A DNA stretch of 64,000 bases, taken from the NCBI GenBank assembly GCA_013239625.1, contig MU054323.1:10447186-10511185 (forward strand), written 5' to 3'. The notes below the pieces were generated by a model. That model was not told where the DNA came from. It saw only the letters and a list, made by a program, of their open reading frames with translations, and did not search any database. The DNA is from Lama guanicoe (taxonomy: Eukaryota). The position numbers and the translations under genes are program-made. How positions within the stretch are numbered: the first letter of the stretch is position 1; each line of letters opens with the position of its first letter. Shown here piece by piece: positions 37,691-49,870 of this stretch.

Positions 37691-39099
37691 GAACTGGACT
37701 GAATGAAAGCCAAGCCGGCCTCAAAATTCCATGCTGTTTCTACTCCCCATCCACCCTATGCTACTATTAAAATGGGCCATTTCTCCTTATTTACCCAGGA
37801 GGCAAGAAAAGGTAAGTTCATTTCCCTAATCAGCTAGACCTGACAGCTGAGCCTTGATTCTAAAATTCATGTTGAATACACAGATCGTGAGCAACATTAT
37901 TCCATCAAAATTGGAAAACAATTCAGCAAACTGAGGAGAAGAGCATCTCAGCAAGGAACATGAGTCCCTCTGGTTTCTCTTGAAAGCAGCTGAGCTTGTT
38001 TATGAAACAGGTTGTTACTTTCACTCAACATGTGTCCTTCTTTAACTGACAAATTAGTTGGAACCAGCAGGAGAGGAGACAGAGAGGGGATATGAAGGAC
38101 CCAGGATCTGGGAGAGATACAAAATGAGGGAAAAGAAACAGAATAGGCTGCCTTCTCATCTTAGCAAACCAATTTTTTCTCAGGGGCTTTTCATAGTTGC
38201 CTAATGTTCTTAACTAAGCGCACTTAATTTAATTACCTTAAAGGTGAACTGGATGCTGAAAATTCATTTACATAACAGCAATTCTAACGCTTATAAATTG
38301 CACAAACAATTAAACCCTTAAGAGCAAATATATAGATTATAAATGTAATATCAATCTAGTAGGATTAATCAAAAGCTAATCATGAAAATATCACCCTTGG
38401 CCTGACTGGAAGTATACAGCATTGTTACCATTCCAAATTACAGTATCACAGGGTCTGTTTTAATACTCAATCATATTAATCGGCAACACGCTACTTAATG
38501 TTTTGTAACCCCTTCCTTCTGAATCAGAAATTAATTTAAATTTAGGCTGTGTCTTCTTTCTGCAACCCATCGGCCACACTGTTATCATTGTTACAAGTGT
38601 CTATTGGGTGTTTTTTCCCTGGAAGACTTGAAGCTCACCAACAGGGATGCGTGAAGAAATAAAACACAGTCCCTGCCCTTGAGGAGAGAAGAGACAACTA
38701 TGCAAGCCCTTGGTGAGTCAGGTCAGAGTTGCTTAAAATAGAGTGGGCAAAAGGCATTAGGAATGGTAAGAAAGAATCAGGGTTTCAGGGTGAGGCTCTG
38801 TATTGAACTGGACTGGGCCCTATTCAGTTCTGGCTTCTCCACTGCCTGGCACTTAGCAATAGCTTTGATGACTTCACTTTGGTCCAGTGGTTCTTCCTGA
38901 TAAGAATGAAACCAAGAGTACAGATGGGGAACTGCCTTCTGTTCATAAAGTTTCTCAGAGGTATTTTTGAGGTTGCATGTAACATCTAGGGTGTGGTTGT
39001 CTAAGCCATGGAAGTAACTCAAGGCTATCTTGGTTACACAGATGCCTATTGCAGATTAGATGTAGGGAAGTGTTCTGAATTTAAAAAATCAACTTCATA

Positions 39100-39800
39100 G
39101 TGGTAATATTGGCATAAATCCTTGGCCAAATTTTAAAACAGATTTCTAACCAGATCATTTGGGAGCATCTGGTGAACGCAGTGGATGCAGTGAACGCAGG
39201 GATCACTAAAAAGCTACCAAGGATAAGTTCAGAATCAGGCATGCAAACCAAGCTCTTTCACTTCTGATAGGCTTGGCACAGGTTGGGGAATAATGCAGTA
39301 GAGAACATGCATCTCATTTCAGCTTTTGATGAAATCTCTTCTGCTATCCTTTCAAGTAATAAGATAGATGTGGATTAGTTGATAACAGTATTACGTGGAT
39401 TTACGGTTACTTGAGCTTCAGCAGCAAAAGGAGCGTGGATTACTGTCTCTCTGTCCTCTGCCCTGTCCTATTGGAGGTTTTTATCCAACACTGGGATGAA
39501 GCCTGGAAAACTGGCTGAGCAGATTTCCAAATGGCTCCACCTGCGTAGCTCTCTCCTGAGATTGTGGCATTTCCAGTTGCCTTGAGGAGTCCTCTGGTCC
39601 AGGTCCTGGTCTCCCCTCATTCTAAAATTCTGTCCTTCAAGTCAGCCCAGGCCAAAGGCATATTTTATCAGAGAATGTTTTCCCCAGTTGTCCCATAACA
39701 GAATGAACTGCCTTGAAGGGGCAGTATGGTCCCAGACAGGATGTTTTCTAGGAAGTCCCTGCATCAGTAAGAGGTTGGTCAAGATGATCTCTGAAGCTTT
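39100..39800 (+). mobile_element. CR1/L3 LINE remnant (RT region and 3' end)
   Basis: From 39118 it translates ILGQILKQISNQIIWEHL (compare CR1 IPGKILEQIIKQ.ICEHL). Followed by decayed CQTNL, GNAVD, FSKAFD and GLDD..VRWI equivalents; L3-type end GGTTGGTCAAGATGATCTCTGAAG. Confidence 0.7.
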
Positions 39801-39831
39801 CCTGTCTTCCCTTCTTTCTTTTATCGTCTGA

Positions 39832-40030
39832 AGGAGCAGTGTGTAGTGAAAAGAATATTAGCTTTCAAAACAGAACTGACTTCACTTTTTACTCCTTCGG
39901 TAAATCAGTACCATTCCTCATCTGTACAAAGGGAATGATAACTTCTACTACACAAGGTTGGGGGGATTAAGTCATGTGGCCTATTTGAAGCACAAAGCAC
40001 AGAGTAGGCCCTCAGTAAATGTTAGCTCCC
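39832..40030 (+). mobile_element. MIR SINE
   Basis: GAGCAGTGTGTAGTGAAAAGA...TTCCTCATCTGTACAAAGGGAATGATAA...CTCAGTAAATGTTAGCT. Confidence 0.7.
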
Positions 40031-41121
40031 CATCTTCCTGCACCCAGGTCTGGCGTGTGCCCGTGGTGAAGAGGCTGAGCAAGGCTCCCTCAGAGGTTCC
40101 CTGCAGGAGCCCTTGGGGATTGGTCAGGGAGGTAGCCCACAGAACCCCTCTTTACAAGGCCATCATTGCCAGGATAAAATGTCCCCAAACACAGTGAAGT
40201 AGCAGGTTCTTTCTTCCCTTGAAGGTCTTTGATTCTGGCAGAGCAGAGGGGAGACAGTGGGATGAGTACAGAGAGACACTGAGTCTCCTGCTAACTTGTC
40301 ACGGACCCACCAGCAGGGTGCTCTGTGTCTGGAGAGACTGTCCCAGTGTCTTCATGTGAGCAGTAAGAAGCAGAATCCCCAACTCGAGTGGTTCGGGGAG
40401 GGTTAGCTGAGGTAAGGAAAGTGAAATTGTCTGGATTAGAGCCTGGCACTCAGGAAGTGCTGAATAAATGTCAGGTTATTATTATTATTTGCAGTAATAT
40501 TAGTATCAAGACCAGCCCAAGACTTTAAGGTCTTCAGATCTCGTATTAGATCACTGCAGGGGCTCCTTTAACAGTGGAGAGACTGCAGTTAAAACAACCT
40601 GGGCAGAAGCTATGGGAAAATCTTGATGAGAGGGGAAAGCTAACACTGCAGAGAGCCTGCCAAAACAGAGGGTGTTTCAAAGGCTGACAAAGTTTGGGGC
40701 TTTTAAATCTTTTAACATCTTAAGGTTTTTCAACCAGCAGCCTTATCCACACTCACAGGGCTGCCACACTGGAGTGAGGCACTGAGTCCTAAAGGGGGCT
40801 AGTGGGGAAATGGGGGCGAGGCATGGCTCCAACACAAGCTCTGCCCATCCAGGTGGGTATCTGATAGTCAGGCCCTTCTGCAGCTCACTGGACCCACCCT
40901 GGAACAGAAAGGGAGAGGCTGGATTAGCTGCTCCCTCAAGTCTTTCCCTGACCTAAAATCCCAGGTCTGCTCAGCCTTGTGACACAGCATTACAACAGAC
41001 CTTTCAGGTGCCTCAAGAAATTTGTCTCAATATTAGAATCTCAGGATTGGCTCACTGGCTAGTAAATTCCATGCTATTGTGAGAAGCTTAAAGCTTTTTG
41101 AAGACTGTCTATGCATGTACT

Positions 41122-41148
41122 TGTGTGTGTGTGTGTGTGTGTTTGTGT
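41122..41148. repeat. (TG)n microsatellite
   Basis: Direct reading. Confidence 0.85.
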
Positions 41149-41408
41149 ATTGTAGAGAGTCACAGTTGTTTGCTGTTAGACCTCAGTTGGAGCTATTTCC
41201 TTTCTTTCCTGTATTTAGTTCATTCTGTAAATGGATTCTGCTCACTTACTATGGCAGACTCCATGCTTCATACCATGTTCCCCTAAGTTGCTAGCACATT
41301 CCCTACTCAAAAAAAAAAAAATTCTTCTAACACATTTCCAGTTGGCATGCTTAAGAGGACTGGGTGTTTAGTGTACACTAAGTATGTTCATACTGGATGG
41401 ACTTAGGG

Positions 41409-41889
41409 CATGTGCTGGGCAACTCCTGCCTACCCAGATCCCCTCTCTGCCCTTTTCATCCCTGCTCTGTGCTGCAGGAGGGTGAGCTGCATAGAGTATA
41501 TCCCCAGCCCCCTTGCCATCTGTCTTCCAGTTGGGTTTGGCCAACAGGGAGCATCACAGGAGATGAAAAGGAGGGAGGAAGGAGAGTGGCACTGGAGAAT
41601 TCATTTCTCTACTGCCTTTGCTGTGGCATGTCACAGTCTGTCCCTCAGCAAATGTCACTGCCCTTCTCAGGCAGCCTTCTCTCCACAACTCCTCCCCTCT
41701 GGATTCTAGTAACTCTGCTCTCCTTTCCCATCAGGACTGGGGCAGCAATAGCCCGTGGTTACTGGCATGGGCTGCTCTATCCCTGCTGGTTTCCTTACCC
41801 TGCCCACACCTTCATAATCTTTCTTAAACTCACCTTAAATTACCTAATTGAATATACCATCTCTGTCCTTCTGCCACCTTGAATGATAA
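41409..41889 (+). mobile_element. LTR33-like ERVL solo LTR
   Basis: TGTGCTGGGCAACTCC...CCAGATCCCCTCTC...CCCTGCTCTGTG...CCCTTGCCATCTGTCTTCCAGTTGGGTTTGGCCAA...CCCTGCCCACACCTT match LTR33 hallmarks. Confidence 0.75.
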
Positions 41890-42647
41890 AGATCATCTAT
41901 TCCCACCTTCTCATTTTCATAGAGGAGGAAATTTAGGAGGTGACTCACTCAAGGTCACTCAACTACAGAAAGCCAGGACTCAAATGGAAAAAGCCAATGG
42001 TGAATATATAGAAAGTTGACCCAGATTTTCCTGTTTTCTCATGTTTAGTCTTTTTTTTCGAATCCTCAGTCCCTGGAAAATGCTGTCAGGAGGATTCACA
42101 GTGTAATTAATTATGCTGGCACATGCAATGAATGGAGCTATGATTTAGCAAGTCTACTCGAGATGCTGATAAATTCAGTTATGAAATGCACATTTTAGTT
42201 TCAGTTAAGAGATTCCAAACCTAACTGAGGAAAGGAGCACAACCTCACAACTTTTTTAAAAGAGGGAAGCTTTATATAACTCCTGTTCTGAGATCCCCAC
42301 CCCTGCCTGCCTCCCCCCACCCCCAACTGATGATGATTCCTTGCTCAGGAATCTACTGTAGTTCCGAAGGTAGAGATCAAATGAAACAACTTATTTAAAG
42401 AGTAACATGCTTCACAAAATGCAAAACATTATAGGTACTTAACCTGTAAATGTCTGATTTAAGGAGAGCATATGCATATAAACAGCCCTTTTGCACATTA
42501 CCTATTACATCAGATCCAAGCTCTTTAGGTAAAATTTTAAGGCCCTCTAAAAACTTACTGCCTTTCCGCTACAACTGCTTCACTTTTTTGTTAAGGCAGC
42601 ATGGGGTAATGGAACCAATACGGACCACCTCGAGTCAAATGCTGGTT

Positions 42648-42890
42648 CAGAGTCACCGTATACAGCTGTGCAGTCTGTGTCCTGTACAAGGATGCCACAT
42701 CTAAGGCATTCACATCATAGATGCTATAGACCTTTATGTTTTTTTATGATAATTTTCCAGAAGATGGTAGTAGAGTGGTTTGCTCTGTTAAAATTGTTAC
42801 ACTATGACAATTTTACAACAGATGAAAGTAAAATGTCTTGAGAAAGGGATGCATTTTTCTAATATGACCCTTTCCTAGCTTCACAAAAAG
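42648..42890. mobile_element. hAT-Tip100 MITE (ORSL/MER91-like) inserted in a MIR
   Basis: TATACAGCTGTGCAG...ACAAGGATGCCACATCTAAGG...TTCACATCATAGA, a duplicated ATGA(T/C)AATTTT...AGATG motif, and GTCTTGAGAAAGGG...TTTTTCTAAT. Confidence 0.65.
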
Positions 42891-42963
42891 CAAGTATATG
42901 AGTTTATGAAAGTTATTTAACTTAACCCTGGTTTCCTAATCTAATCAATGGGCATCTCTTAGA

Positions 42964-43140
42964 ATGGAGATGGCAAATATTTGCCATGGGTACCACATCA
43001 TTCTCTGCCCACGGCAGACTCCAGTAACCCATCAGTTCTCCCTTTCTCACCGAGCCCGAATGCCACTCACACACTGTCCCAGGCAACTACTACCAAGCAT
43101 TTGGGGCTGGCGTATTGGCTGACACCCACCTACCATCCTG
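42964..43140. mobile_element. MER117-like hAT MITE
   Basis: GATGGCAAATA...GCCCACGGCAGAC...GAGCCCGAATGC...CCAGGCAACTACTACCAA...ACCATCCTG. Confidence 0.6.
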
Positions 43141-45249
43141 CATAGGATAGTGATTGTAAGGATTTCAGAATGATGAATCTGTGGTGTCTGGAATGATAAT
43201 GATTGTTGTTACAGGGGAACAGAAAATTTCCACCAGAGCTCTGGGAATGTTGTCCACAGCTCAGCATACCTTCCCTCCATTAGCAATACCTGGCACCCAC
43301 ATTGCCACCACCCTATGCTCTGAAAATTGATCAGATATGAACAAAGCCTAGGTCTGTATTAGACTTTGTGCTTGTTACCCAGGGTGACCTGGGCTCTATG
43401 CATGTCCTCACTGACCTCGGCTCATTCAGGGCCCTCTTCTCTATAAGCTTTGCACAGACCCACGCTCTGTTGCTCACAACTAATCAGCACTTGGCAGTGA
43501 TTTGTATGTCTTTGTAAAACTAATTATAATTCTTTTATGTGTCTAGGCCCTGTATTCCCAGCAAGAAGGCAAATCCCTTGAAGACAGAATCTTTTTCTTC
43601 CATTTAGGTTCAATACTCTGCTCTCATGGGAGCTCCATAAACCATATTGTTTCAGTCGCCTTGACAAGTAGGGTGCCTTGACAAATAAAGCATGATCATT
43701 TGTTATAACTAGTCCCTGGTCACTTTTTTCATCTGAGGATAAAAAAATGAATATATGTTGTCATAAAATGATTATTACTCTCCTGGTCCAGAAAGTAAAT
43801 TAAATTTTTTTCTCTCTTCTTAAGTCCAAAATACACAAAACTAATTGAGAGCGCCTGATATCTTTACAATTCTATCACTTATAATAAGTAATAATAGTAT
43901 AAGTCAAATACAATTTCTTTATGCCATTACTATTAACTTCTTTAGGATTCATTTCTCTTTCCCGTCTTCTCATTTGGCCAAATGTATTTTAGTAAGCGCA
44001 TATGGGAGGTGAGAGGATGATAAAAGAGTTATTGGTTTCAGTATTTATTCTTGGCTCTCCTAATATTGCAGCCATATTCCTTCCGGATTAGATGGCATTT
44101 TGACTGTGGGTGATGTGATTAATGTCCAAATATGGTTTGGAAAATGGAATGGGAGGCCTGGTGACTCGGTTGGGGGGGAAGCAGGAGATATCCTCCACTA
44201 AGTTTTAAGTTATTTAGGCAAGGAAATACTCATTGATATAAAATATGCTAAAAACAGAAGAGTTTTGAAAAATGGCCCTTTTCAGGAATCTAAAACATGT
44301 AGAGTCGGAGTATGTGTGTGGAGGGTGACAAGATGTAGGGGAAATTACTGAAGCTTCCTGGTTTCTGATTTCTTCATCTGTAAAATGGGAGTGCTGACTT
44401 GCCCTCAATGACACCTCGGTTGTCATGAGGATGGAAATCAGGGTCGCAGTTGTGCAGGCTGGGGACTGCGCTCAAGTGCCCTGCTGAGGGAGGAGGGGAC
44501 CCCAAAGCAGCCCGACTTCACTTGCCAAGCCTTAGCCTTTCGCTCATTTGTCTGCCAAGGGCTGGGGGGCTGTTTCTAATTTGCAAGGAGCTGTTTGTGC
44601 TAGCAGCTGCCCAGATTAGGTGTGTAATGACATTATTATTCAGCCAAGGGTTTCCACTTTTTCCTAATGATTGTCTATCCCTCCCACCAGTGGAGAAAGT
44701 GTGGAGTTGGATCATCATTATAAGTGAACAGTCAGAAATGGTGGCATGAAGAAACCAAGGACACAGATTCACAGCATCACTGCGTTTCAAAGCTGGAAGA
44801 TCACCTATTCCAAACACTGTTTTGCAGAAAAGGAGTCCAAGACTCAGAGTAACTCCCCCACCTTCCAAAAAAAAAAAAAAAGAAGGCTTATTACTTAAAA
44901 AGGTGGCCAGTGGCAGCAGGAATAAGAACCCTGATGTCCTGACTGGCAGGTCTGCACATTAGAAGCAGGAATCCTCCAGTCCCAAGACATGCTTGTCATC
45001 CCGGTTTTGTGGGATGTAAGAGTCCAACACTCGAGTCCCGCTCTGGACCTCCTTCCCGGGGGTCTTTGTCCGGTTGAGTGCTCACTAGTTTCACAGACAC
45101 TTGGAGTTGAATGCTTTCCTCACCACACATCTCCCTGACTCCTCGCTCTGGGATCCCCTCCCACCCCTCTAGCCTGACTCTTCATCCAGCTTATTAACAA
45201 TTATTGCTTGAGCTGTAAAATTCCTAACTCCAGTGCTTTTACCTTCCAG

Positions 45250-46720
45250 CCCTCCCTCCTTGGGTGGTCTCAGCTTTTCCCACAGTGAACCCTCTTCAGT
45301 GGAAGTCGATTCCTGCCCCCAGCCCATTCCGCCTGACTACTGACTGGGTCTTCTGGTGCCCTCAGGTCCCATCCCCCAGAGTGGCATCACTGTATTTCAG
45401 CAAGGTCTTCCTCCTTTTGTCCTAGCAGCCAAGTACACCGTCTTCTTCACACCATCTTCCCTCTTCAGCAGTTGGTTTTCTTATTCATCTAACATTGTCA
45501 TCCTATCACTATCCCTGGGGACATTTCAACATTCCGCAAATATTTGGACCTCACAGTTCCTGGACTTAACTTGGATGGTGACTGCTCCTTGTCAGCACCA
45601 CTCACCTGGACCCTGTCCTCACACAGCTGCTCCTGGACCACAATTTCAGATGCCAAAGTTCCTTTTCTTTCTTCCAGAATCGTCTCCTCACCCTCATCAT
45701 GAACTCTAGTCCCCAATTTCACACCCTCCTAGCGCCTCTGGACCCCACGTTCCTTACTATCTAGCCTGGGCTTCCTGGATATTGGTTTTATCCGTGGTCT
45801 TGCCCATCCTGGGAGGCATGTCTCTCTGGCTTGCTGCTGACTCTCTAACCAGCTGGGAAATGTTCCATGTGATCTCTTCCTTCAGGCTGCCAGGAGCCAA
45901 GCATTGCTGCATCTCAGGGCCCACGGGTCCCCGCACCCTCACGCACAGGGGCTCTGATCTCAGCTGGATCCAATGCTTTACTCTTGTCCATTTCACGCCT
46001 GTCCACATTCCCTGTAATCCCTTCCCCAGACTCCCATGCTCCCTCTATCAGCACTCCGTCTTGCTTCCTGCCTCCCTGAGAAGACAGGAGCCCTTCAGCT
46101 CCCTCTTCTCCACTGTATTTCTTCCTGATACTGCCTCAATCTCCTGCCCTTTATTTCAAAGGGAGAAGGAATCTCCCAATGCATCCTTCCCAACCATTCC
46201 ATATTCTTCCAGAACATCTCTCCTTTTCTTCCAATCCCTTTGTCCCTTGATAAGTCTTTCTTCTCTTCCGTTCACTGATTCCTTCAAGTTTCTGTCATCA
46301 TTATCCTTCCTTTACTATCAAACTTCAATGTCTTACTCTCTATTCAGTTGGTATATAACCTTCTGCAGCCTCACTGCCACACTCACAATTCTCTGCTAGG
46401 GGTTACCTGTTACTTCCTACTTGTCAAATGCAAAGGCTTTGATCAACTGCTTTCATGCTCTAGAAGGATCTCCTTGGAACCTTCTGACCCTTTACTTCCA
46501 TGTCCCTAACTGGTCTGCTGCTCCTGCAAGTTCTGACCACACTTTCCTTGTCCCCTTGGAGTGTCCTCAGCACAAGTCTATGCCCTCATCTTCCCGTTTC
46601 CCTGGGAGAGCACATGTCCTCCCAGTGGTCCCTTCTCTGTGGGACCACTCCATTCATTGCATCTTCTCTACTCCATTCATTGCATCTCCAGCCTCAAGCT
46701 CTCTCTGGACTTCCTAATAG
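45250..46720 (+). mobile_element. L2 LINE, decayed ORF2 region
   Basis: Strongly C/T-skewed. CTGGGGACATTTCAACATTC (LGDFNI-like) and CTGGACCCTGTC (LDLV-like) endonuclease remnants; CTTGTCAAATGCAAAGG near the L2 RT motif. Confidence 0.6.
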
Positions 46721-46729
46721 CTCTTTAAA

Positions 46730-47175
46730 AATTTTTGTTGTTTTTTTCTGTGGTAAAATATACATAACATAAAATTTAGCATCATAACCATTTTTTTTTG
46801 GTGTATAGTTCACTGGCATTAAGCACATTCACTTTGATCTACAACCATCACTACCATCTGTCTCCAGAACGTTTTTCATCGTGAAAAACTGTAACTCTAT
46901 ACCTGTTAAACAATAACTCCCCATTCTCTTCTACCTCTAGCCTCTGACAACCACCGTTCTACTTTCTTTGTGAACTTGACCCCTCTAGGTTTCTCATAGA
47001 GCGGACTCATACAGTATTGGTACTTTGTGATTGGCTTATTTCACTTAGCATACTACCTTCAAGGTTTGTCTAAGTTGTAGCATGTGTCAGAATTTCCTTC
47101 CTTTTTAAGGCAGAATAATATTCCGTCACATGTATGTACCACATTTATTCCATTCATCTGCTGACAAACACTTGT
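46730..47175 (-). mobile_element. L1MB-type 3' end
   Basis: TGTGGTAAAATATACATAACATAAAATTTA...AACAATAACTCCCCATT...TGGCTTATTTCACTTAGCATA...GCATGTGTCAGAATTTCCTTCCTTTTTAAGGC. Confidence 0.88.
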
Positions 47176-48384
47176 CACTTAACTGATTTTTAATGAGCTT
47201 TTCTGTACCAGGCTCTGGGATAGGCACTGGTATACACCAGAGCTTACAGTCCATGGGGCACTCTCATTACTGGCTATGAGTCACATCTCCACTAATGGGA
47301 TTCCCTCCAGGGTACAGAACATATCTGGTTTCCTTGGCAGCTCCAAACCCCAACAGAGCCTCCTGCAACAGTCAGCGCCCAGTAAAAATTTGAATGAGTG
47401 GATGAATGAACCCAATAAGTACTTGTGAACAGATCAGTTTTATAAATATCTACCTTGAAATCCTTCTTTTGAAGTTTCATCCCCAGAGAGTGTTTGCAGT
47501 AGAAGTTACCTCCAAACACAGCACAGATCACTCAAGTTTTTATTACTGAGAGGTTCTTGTTACTTCATAAATTTTGAGCTCCCCCAATGTAAATTGCCAC
47601 TGAACAAGCAGAACAACAGCATGGGCATTCTTTTTATCTAGGGCCTAGTATTAAGACAGATTAACTTGAAGGGAACAGCACTGGCCTGGGTATCTGCCCC
47701 ACCCCTCATTCTTATTGTGATTAATGAGATAAGACACATATCTTTTTCTATTCTGCCTGAAAACATATTGAGTTTATGCCTTGTCCCACAATGTTAAATA
47801 TTGTCTTAGAATTACATTATCTCTTCCACAGATGGATGGGCCTGGTGCTGTGTGTACTGCTGACAGTTTTCCTGAAATGGAACCGGGATTGGTGAGGGAA
47901 TCATTCAGCTGTGATAACAGATGGAAAGCATGCAGAGACCTTCAGTAAAACTAGACAATACAGGTGAGCAGTGAATCCAAAACCAAAGGGTTAATGCAAA
48001 GATGCTGCAGACCAAGAACCAAGTCAGTGAGAGGTAGACATGGCTTTATGGTGGGCGGCTATAACCATCTTGAAGAAGTAGAACCCTTTAAGTGATCGCA
48101 TCTTCATACTTGTAACTCAGTGTCTTGGCACTGAGGAAGGACTTAATAATATTTTTGAAATGAATGAATTTATATTTTTCAAACTGCTTTGTATTTACTA
48201 TTTTATTATTAAACTGATCTTATGAGATGGATAGGTAATGATTTATTATTCCCAATTTACAAGTGAAGAAACTGAGACATAAAATGGCATTGTGAGTCCT
48301 CTGGATTACCAAGGAGCTGGGGTTAGTAATCTGGCCTACTGAATTTATATGCAGGGACTGCTCTTTCACTTCACTCTGTCATCT

Positions 48385-49870
48385 TTTCAACAAATGTTTA
48401 TTGAGCAACTAATACATTCCAGATTCTGTACTTGATTGTGGATGAAAGTTGGTGAGATGGAGAAGACATGATCTCTTTCCTCAGGGATATCAGAGTTTAC
48501 AGAGGGTATAGATATGAAAATGAATCATTACAGCCAAGTTGCCAAGAGCAAGAATAGAAGCATGAGCACCATTCTACGGCACATGGAGGCCTGAAAGACT
48601 AACTTTGCTTGGTGAGGCTGGAAAGCCTTTGGCAAAGAGATGATTTTTCAACCAGAGGAATTTTCTAGATAGACATAGTGGTTAAAGAATCCTAGCTCAG
48701 GGTCATGTGCAAAGACACAGAGATGTAAAGCAGTGTGCATCTTCAGGGAATTCCAATCAGCATGGTTGGGTATAGGGGTGAGGACTGGCAGAGAAGAAAG
48801 ACTGAAGAAGCAATAGGGGCTGGATTCATTTAGCATTCAATGACAACATTTATGGAGAATCTACCAAGCACTATGAACTGTGTTGGATGCTGTTGATCCA
48901 GTGGGTATAATGAAAGAGAGAGGTCCTTCCTCTCATGTAGCTTTCTTTCTAGTGGGGGAATTAGACAATAAACAAGGGACCAAATATGCTAATTAGTTAC
49001 AGACTGTGAATAGCGCTAAAAGGAACTAAACAAGGTGGTGTGATAGAGAAAAACAGGTCTTCTGAGGTGCTGATGTTTTAGCTGAGGTCTAAAGGATGAG
49101 CAGCAAATGAGAGTTCAGAGCCAAGAAAAGGGTGATCCATGATGGAGGAGCAGGAAGTGCAAAGGGCCTGTGGTTGGTAGAGACAGATGGACAGTGACGT
49201 GAGAATGGTATGAGAGATGGTCAGATATGTGGGTGGAGCCAGGTCATATAGGGCTTTTGATCAAGATTTTACTCTAAGACCAATGAGAAGCCATTCAAAT
49301 GTTTTACAGTGAAAGGACATAATTTGAATTATATTTTTAAAGTTTACTTTGGCTGCTATGTAGAGAATAAATTAGAAGGAAGCAAAAGTGGAAGTAGGAA
49401 GGTCAGTTAGGAAGCTATTACTGTGATCCAGGTGAGAGATGTTGGTGGTTGGGACCAGGGTGGTGGGAGAGAGGGGGTATATGGCTAAATATGTATTTTG
49501 TAGGTAGAATAGATGGGACTTGCTGCCAGAGTAGATATGGGTGAGGAATGAAGGAGGAGGTGAGGAATGAAGGAGGAGATGAGGAATAATCGCAGCCTTG
49601 GGTAATGCTCGGATGGAGCGGGGAAGCAGTGAGAGGTGGACTGACATGGAGAAACCAGGGAGACCATGAGGCCTGGCAGTAAGACTGGGCTTAATTTCAT
49701 AGGAGATGGATACACTGAATGATGCTGAGCAGAATAACATGGTCAGATTGGCATTTTAGAAGGTCATTTTGACAGCTGGGCAGAGAGAAGAGGGAAAGAG
49801 TTTAAAGGCAGAGGGGTGAGTCCAGGGTGACTGTAATGGTTAAGACAAGAGGTGGTGAGGGCCTGAAGTA
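48385..49870 (-). mobile_element. Nested L2 elements (inner copy ~48830-49720)
   Basis: Two reverse-strand L2 termini (TTCAACAAATGTTTATTGAGCA at 48386; CATTCAA...ACATTTATGGAG at ~48835) and purine-rich L2 body motifs such as GGAAGGTCAGTTAGGAAGCTATT. Confidence 0.75.

Noticed and set aside
41397..41882. 161-aa ORF
   Set aside because: It is essentially coextensive with an LTR33-like solo LTR.
45782..46399. 205-aa Ser/Leu/Pro-rich ORF
   Set aside because: It lies in a C/T-skewed L2 remnant where stops are rare, has a non-ATG start, and shows no recognisable domain.
49541..49588. Tandem GGTGAGGAATGAAGGAGG repeats, and similar small duplications near 18370, 30560, 35093 and 54645, as an array or CRISPR-like structure
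   Set aside because: Only 2-3 adjacent units with no unique spacers, mostly inside old repeats; simple slippage.
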